The notes beneath the pieces are model-generated. The model had not been told where the DNA came from and did no database searches. It saw nothing but the letters and a program-made list of their open reading frames with translations. A stretch of 56,621 nt of DNA, counting the filler, from Catajapyx aquilonaris (taxonomy: Eukaryota), in NCBI GenBank assembly GCA_000934665.2. It is 2 parts of 2 records of this genome, joined end to end, with 100 filler letters (N's around TTAATTAATTAA, not from the genome) between each part and the next. Parts side by side here need not be neighbours in the genome. Positions count along the whole stretch, not along the records: positions 28,361 to 56,621 come from KZ539253.1; 1 more part is not named here. One strand, 5' to 3'. The position numbers and the translations under genes are program-made. Shown here in pieces: positions 49,401-56,621 of the stretch (position 1 is its first letter; every line of letters begins with the position of its first letter).

Positions 49401-52400
49401 AGGCGGAGATGGGGAAGGTGTACGTGATGCATAAGTTACCTCGCACAATGGTACAGATTGAGTTGGGAAATCTTCGAGGGAAAATGGGGGAACCTTGCGA
49501 ATTAAGTATCGGAAAATCAGGGTAGAATTACCTGGAATTGTTGCAGGTACAGGATGAGATCAGAGGATTCCAGGCTTTTTTTTTGTGTGTGTGTAAAAAG
49601 AGGAATCGTGTTTCGGAAATAATTTTTTTGTGTAACCAGTCCCGTGTGTCACAAATAAAATAGCCTCGCCATTTTTGGCAGATTATTTCATTGGAGCCCT
49701 TATGAGGTAATACCCTTGTACTTGGCAATTCGTTCCAACAGAACTGGGAGTTACTTTCCTTTTGTCAAACAGGCAGCAAAGTGAAACGGTGGCGTCTACC
49801 TCACTTCATGGTTGGGCAAAAATATACAAAATAGACAACGTAATAAGTTGGGCCATTAGTGGTGCTTCGCCATTATGGGAAGAAGCCGGATCCTGTTTCG
49901 CACCGGAGGCCCTCCACCTTACAGATCCTATGAATGGCATGTGGGAATCAAGGTGGGGATCTGCTGGGAGGGTTGCGGGGGGTTGGGCACATCACAATCA
50001 AAAAGAGGAGGAAATGTTTGCTGACTTTGCCTTCTGGCGATATTGCTATTATTCGTGGGACGTAATTAGTCCCCAGTTGGTCGCCTGAGGTGTGGCTTCC
50101 TCCGCGCTGCATTAGGAACATATATATTACTTGCTCTACATTTCTCCATAATGAAACATAACGGATGCGCGTATCCAGCTATTCGGGCTAGGGAGGCACA
50201 GTTCCGGCGCCTTTTCATATTGCGGTGTAAGCGGTGCCAAAATATGCCTAAATGTATACTCATTCGTTTGAGAACAATAAAAGGCAAACACTGGAGTTAC
50301 TACATTTTCCCTATAGGGGAAACCAAATGATTCGTTCAGAAAATATGATAGGACAAGCTACACTGCTGTTTTATAGAAATTTGGATGGAATTTTAAACGT
50401 TGCTGACTAGAAATGTGCCTGGCGCTGTATGAAAGCTCGATATGCTTGGAATTTTGTGCGTAGCTGGTAGGGGGAATTCGCGACAGCACTTTGTCAGGTA
50501 GTTTTCCCGTTTGAAACCGGTATTAGAATGCAGGGTTATAAGACTGCAGAAGTAATTATGCAGTTTTAACCATGCGATGCCGGCATGATGTAACGCCACA
50601 GTGTTGCAAAAAGGCAAACCCTTTTGGCCCACAGATGTTACAGATGTTTGCAATACAAAGAATGTGTTTATTTACATGCTGCCACAATTACTGTCGATTT
50701 GTCAGGCTTTAGACAGGTAATGCAGAAGCAATTAGTATACCTTACCAACGAATGACATCTCCATTATGCATCACCATCGACAGCAGCTTCCGCCCCGAAT
50801 AAAGGCTCAGGACAGGTACCATAGATATTTTTATAGCTCTGCAGACGGTCATCGGACGCGTAAGGCGAAAATAGAGCTGGATTATCCGGCGAGCTCTCGG
50901 AGAAAATGGCCACCTTGGGAGTACAAGACATGATTGTAAAAGAATACGTGGGGTTCGTGCACTGTTATATAGTCAGTATCGCCACGAGAGCTAGGGAAGG
51001 ATATAGTAATAATGGACCCTGCCGATTAATCTTCTAATTCGGTTTAGACGTAATACGCAACGGAATAACCTTGAGGAAGGAAGGGGATGGAGCAGTTCAC
51101 CCTGGAGGACATGCATCCCTCATTGCTTGCATGGATTGACCGAAAGTGCAGGGAGACTTCTCTTATCTCGAAGAATTAGGCAAGGTCCCATCCACTTCAA
51201 TGGATCACACACCTTGATAACTGGGTGCGACGAGGCTTGGGAAAGACGCGGAATGGCATGTTCCATGCATTTGGTAACTCGGGAATAATCATATACGCAA
51301 GGCATGACAACTCCGCGTCTTGCGGAGCTTCTTATCGCCCTCAGTTATCGCGGAGGGTGATTCGGAGTGGGCGCATTCAGATAAGGCGGTGGGTGGGACC
51401 TTTCCTTATACCCTGGGATAGAGCGTAGATGAGAGTTTATTGACTATGCTACAGCCAATGCTGCGCTATTCATGGCGTCGCTCTAAATGGTGCGTTGTGC
51501 TGTATATTCGCTGGCAACTCAACAAAACGACGTGCCATAAACGCGAAGGTACCAAAATTATGACACAACGTGGAGCATCAAGAAAAATGTCAGTACATAT
51601 TACCATGATCCATCTTCGTTTTCTCTACCGAATATGTATAGCAAGTCAGGGCAAGATTCAATAGGTTGGGGTGTCCCGTTTGGGTCTTTTCAATCTTCAA
51701 TCGTTAAGGTCTGCCAACCTGCCCAGAAATAAAGTTTGAATCAAGGTCGGGTTTGTAAACACAGACGTGGAATGAATAGATCCTGGCAAGCCTTGCATCT
51801 AGTAAAAGTTGGCAAGCCTTGAGGTCGCAATTTTTTTGTTTCCTGAGAGAGAGAGAGAGAGGAGTGTTCGGAACATCAGTGTCCGCGATCCTTGAGCGCC
51901 TTATTTTGTCTTAACAGTCATCCAAGAATAATTAGGCATGACACCCTGCATTTGTTCGGTGTTTTTGTGTGTGTGTGTGTGTGAGTGTGTTGCTGATGAG
52001 TAGCTACATACGAGTAAGAAATAATATTGCATATGGAATCAGTATGTCACACTTTCAGTTGAGGCTATCGCACTTGACTTGGAATGATTTAAAGAGTGCA
52101 TATTGAGGCCATCAAAAAAGTTTGGGGTGCTAAGAAAATGTTTTGGAAGAAAGTATTCTGCAACTGTAGCAGATGCTAAATCCCGGTGAGCCTGCATCCC
52201 TTTGAAGTTTGACAACATCTCATACATGCAAGGAGCTTTGGTTGCGCAAGAAAAGCTTACGAAGCAAGTTCTTGAGCTGGCTCTCAATTTTCTTAGCAAA
52301 TAAAGAGTACGCCCCCGTGTGTTGTTTAGAAAACAATATTAGTTCAGTGAACGGGACAGGGTCAAGGTCACAAACTAGAGGGATGTCTGGACCATTGCTT

Positions 52401-54893
52401 TTTATTCAGGCCACTCTGGTGCAAGGGAGGGGGGGTTACGGAGATCAAGCGCATTTGCGGCAGGGCATACCGCGCTTCATTCATTTCGACCTTGCCACTC
52501 CGGCTAACCTATTGACCCTACGGGTACGCTCTGAACTCGGCAATATTGAACCGAATCTAAAAACAGGGTGTTTACCCCAACGGCCATCAGTCATGGATAC
52601 ATCTCTCTCCCTGGTGAGACACAAGTCTTGCAAATAAATCCAGCCTGTAAGTTGCAAGATTGGAGGTAGGAGATTTTGAAAAAAAAGAAACAAGAAAGGG
52701 GGGGGACAACGGAAGAGCAGTGGCCAGCGTGGGAATTCATGGATTTATCCCTAAGGCCTGGATGTATAAATTCCTTGCATGGTCTCGAGAGAGAGGAAGC
52801 TGACCATTAAAAAATCTAGTCTGGAGAAACAGGTAGCTTCCACTGCAGGTATTTCCATTCGCCATGTGCACCGCACTAACATACTCGGGTAGATGCCCAC
52901 GGGTCTGTTGATGCCGGAACATAACACCCCACACGTCCTTCAGAAGGTGAAGGAGTTCTACAGGACTAAATCGGGGGCCGGATCTGAAACACTGCTTGAC
53001 CGATATAGTGAGTTGGGGTCAAATTACATGGAACCTATTTTTACCTAGGGGATGCAGGTATATGTGATGACTGGCAGAAGATATCGAGCCATTTACCTTT
53101 TCCGGGCATAGAAAAAGGTAAATGACAAGGGCGTATTGACACTAGTGCTGCGGAACTCCTTTGAGGGCAGCATCCGGTTCTGGACCTCCCTCTCACCTTC
53201 CTCCAATTTTGCAGTCTCACTGCGACCTACTATTGTTGGACACTTTGGTACTAGGTCAACGTGCTAGGGAGTTAACATGAATAGTTAATTAATTGGGCTC
53301 GAGAGGGGGGGAGAGTTGCCCCTTTCCAGAATACCACTGCAGAGGGAGTTAGGGAATTTCGGAGGTGCGAGGAACGAACCCAGCACCTGTACACATGTAA
53401 AAAAGAAAAGCTTGCACACATTGATCGCCTCGTAATTGGAACCAGCAACCCGTTGGCAGGGTTGCCACGTGGGAAAGGGGAGCCATCGCTCCCGGTCGAG
53501 ATGTTTACACGGGCTCCATTTTTCATGCACTTTCAGCCTTGATTATTGAGCAACTCTGGATGATTCATATTCAATTCACTTCAACCCCTCTTGCCTCGTG
53601 GCGGATTTTTTNNNNNCCCCCCCCCCCCCCCCCCCCCTGGGTATGTTGGGTGGGGTTGAGCATTTTTTTTTGGGGGGGGGGGGCGAAATGAATGGGTTAG
53701 GCGTTAGGGGATCAATAGCCGCCGGCTGGTGGATGTCAAATTGGTGGTTGAAATCGGTAATGTGCAAGATCGTATGGCAGTGTACAGCAAAACGTGGCAT
53801 CGTTGCGTGAATGGCTCCCGGTGTTGATGTCATCCGTTCGAAACCTAACCAGTGACCTATTTCTGGCGGGATTGATTATATGTGCACCGGGATATTATAT
53901 ATGGAGTAGTGTCACTAAAAATGTAGGAATTGCAGTGTGCCACATGAGACTTGGCGCGCGTGCTGTCGGGATTGTCAACTGGTCAGCGTTTGTGACACCT
54001 GATTAGGTGGGAATGGCGCGAAATTGAGGTGTTTACGAACGATTGGGCAATGTGTGACGTCAGAAGTTAGGGAACCAACTTCATCTAGCAGACCCTGACC
54101 CACAGCCCTATTCACAACCCAAACGCGAGATATCAAGACCTTGTCGAAGATGCATATATTCATATCCAATGCATCGCATGTAAGACAATGCAACTTCGTA
54201 ATAGAGTTGTCGCGTTTGGGTTGAGGGGAGGGATGGCAGTTATAGTATAGGTTTTGTACCATTGGAAGTTGGAGTTTGTTTTCATGTAAGGCTTCCTTTG
54301 GGCAGCAGGGAACCAATTCGCGAAGTTGTTTGGAAGCTGGACAGTTGTTGCGAGCGGTAGTGAAGCCAAGGCAAATATTGCGCAATTTGCGGTCCGGAGA
54401 ATGGAGCCATTTTATCAGCGAAGCCGTATTATGTGTAGGCTCTATGTCCGCAGCGCCTTCTTGATGGCCTGCACAGTAGGCTAATCAGCGGGGGTAGTTC
54501 ACAATGGGCGGAAGGTTGAATCGAAAGGTAGTGGGATTGGTCAACGCTGGCATTTGTGACGGCAGTTGCCCTTTATGTGGGCATCAGGTTATTAACAGAT
54601 TTATTACCAGTTCGTCTATGGGCCATTGCACACTACGATTAGTGTGCATGGAACTAGCCGTTTTGGATGGGTGGTGTCGCACGAATTTGCTTGTAGCAGT
54701 ATACATGTCCTGGACTTGATTGTCACTGCAGTCGAATACTCAAGACCACTCGCTCAAGACGTCATCTATCAAAATGGTTTCATAATGTGCCATCGAATGG
54801 CACAACGGTGTGAAAGAGGCAGCTTTCATATACTATATACTGTATTAAAATTTTGGGGAATAGAATATTTAAGAACAACGACAGTGACGGTGG

Positions 54894-54894
<1 letters not shown>

Positions 54895-54929
<35 letters not shown>
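54895..54929 (+). repeat. (TAA)n microsatellite
   Basis: Read directly from the sequence. Confidence 0.92.
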
Positions 54930-56621
54930 TGTCGTGTTCTCACAATATCAAGTAGCCCTAAACATACCAGTCCGTATCGATCGATGACCGGTCAAAGTGC
55001 CTCACACGTGACATGGGTAATAAACTGACATATCCGTTATTGCACTTACATGATATTTATACACTTAATTACGTAGCTGGCGATGTGGTGCACACCATTA
55101 ATTTGAAGCATGTGCCTGTAGGGAACATATTTCACAAGGCACCTGCATAAATACCTGCGTAGTCCACAACAACGTCGCACATAATTGGATTTAGATAATA
55201 ACCTATAACCTCTTTGTATGCTATGCACACTTTTAAAATAACCCCTGGCTCACTTTTCCTTCCTTTATCGTGGGCATAAAAACATTACTGAAAAAGCCGC
55301 CTGGGTTTTGTGGAGCAAAAATGATTTGACTTGAATTTGTTTTGGATGCCAAATTTCACGATGTCGGCTGAAAGTGAGCTCGAAATTTTGGGGAAATTTC
55401 AGATTTTGCTTAGAACAGGCGTCGTCATCCACCTACCAATTATTTTCAGCTTTGTTACTTGTTTTTACCCGCACCTCTACTTGAAATTCTACATTTCCTG
55501 CTGCACTATGGAAGAAAATGAGGGAAAATCATATATCATGTATAAATATTCACAATACATAATCCGACTTAATCGGAGATTATCTCCTTAATTTGAGTTG
55601 GTACATCTGGCGCCCTTAGAGTTCTGAATAAATCAGCTCCCACCCACTGCCTTATCTGAATGCCACCCGCATGCCTAATCCAAACGCGATTGGATTATAA
55701 GAGTCGTGCCAAGACGCGAAGTTTCCATGTCTTGCGTATGATAATTACCCTGGTGCCTTGTGTCAAAGGCATGACGTGACATCTTTGCGTCTGTGCTAGT
55801 CTCTTATCGCTATGTTATCGTGTTTGGGTTTTGGTGGAGGGTGGCATTTAATATGAGGAGCTTGAACTCATTATAAATACACCATAGGCAGTTATGGAGA
55901 GATAACTGAATTTACATATGGTCCTAGGCAGGTGTATTAATCATGGTGTACGGTACGTGCGAGCAGTTGTATATGACGTAAGGCTATTAATCCACTTACG
56001 GTTAAGAAACGTAATGTTGGGAAGGGCAGGCGACAGGAATGTCATGGTGCTGGAACTACGTGAGAAGCGTTTCTGGAACGTGCAAACGCGTTATAAAACC
56101 CAGGGTGATACATGCCCCGTTATGACCCGCGTGCACGGAAGTGCCCCTGGCCCAATGCACCCACGGGCAGGCAATTCCTCCATGTCAATTGAGAAAGAAA
56201 GCGGTCACTCCCGTAAAATAGTGCATCAGTAGATATATCATACGCTCAGAGTTACGGCATGACGGAGGGGGGGCAACTGGAAATTAATTAGGGAAAGCAG
56301 GTGCGGAGGCCAAATGCAAATTGAGAGCATCTAATTTGCACAAAAAAAAATGTTCCGCAACTTTTTTTTCCCCTCCAGGGGAATATTATTAGTCGAAAGG
56401 GAGGAATTTTCGCATACTTGCTTACCTGGCACAGGTGGCACTTGAAAAATGTAAACAAGGGTAACAACACTGGTTTGGTAATGAATATCAGACACGGTTC
56501 CTAGAGCGGCAAACCGGGGTTCCGTTCACTTTTTTGCGGCATTTTTACATGATATACACATGAGCAGCTGAGTGTGTGATTTAAGACATGTCTTCCTGTG
56601 GTGCAAGGTGGGGGGGAGGGG

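Noticed and set aside
52728..53475. CGTGGGAA Su(H)/CSL-type motifs at 52728 and 53468
   Set aside because: Too few and too far apart to distinguish from chance without conservation data.

Overview
Eukaryotic (invertebrate animal, plausibly arthropod) genomic DNA from a gapped draft assembly, not prokaryotic. The left half (6213-27317, minus strand) holds 12 phase-consistent GT-AG coding exons of a TTC27/Emw1-like TPR protein gene, about 740 aa. Its N-terminal exon(s) were not found and may lie in or beyond the scaffold gap at 28261-28340. The introns and flanks are dense with non-autonomous DNA transposons (Tc1/mariner, pogo/Tigger, hAT, Kolobok, Harbinger-like, foldback palindromes) and tRNA-derived SINEs, several nested with intact target-site duplications (TSDs). 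The most notable items are: (1) a small spliced antisense gene for an acidic protein, bracketed by ~370-bp direct repeats inside a TTC27 intron; (2) a diverged tandem pair of hairpin-rich elements with apparent compensatory changes in another TTC27 intron; (3) a Kolobok element with a transposase remnant just downstream of the TTC27 stop; (4) a recursive-splice-site signature at 39669; (5) an unidentified 147-aa ORF at 32625-33068. The right ~23 kb has no recognisable gene and looks like long intron or intergenic DNA. All calls were made by eye; no database searches were run.
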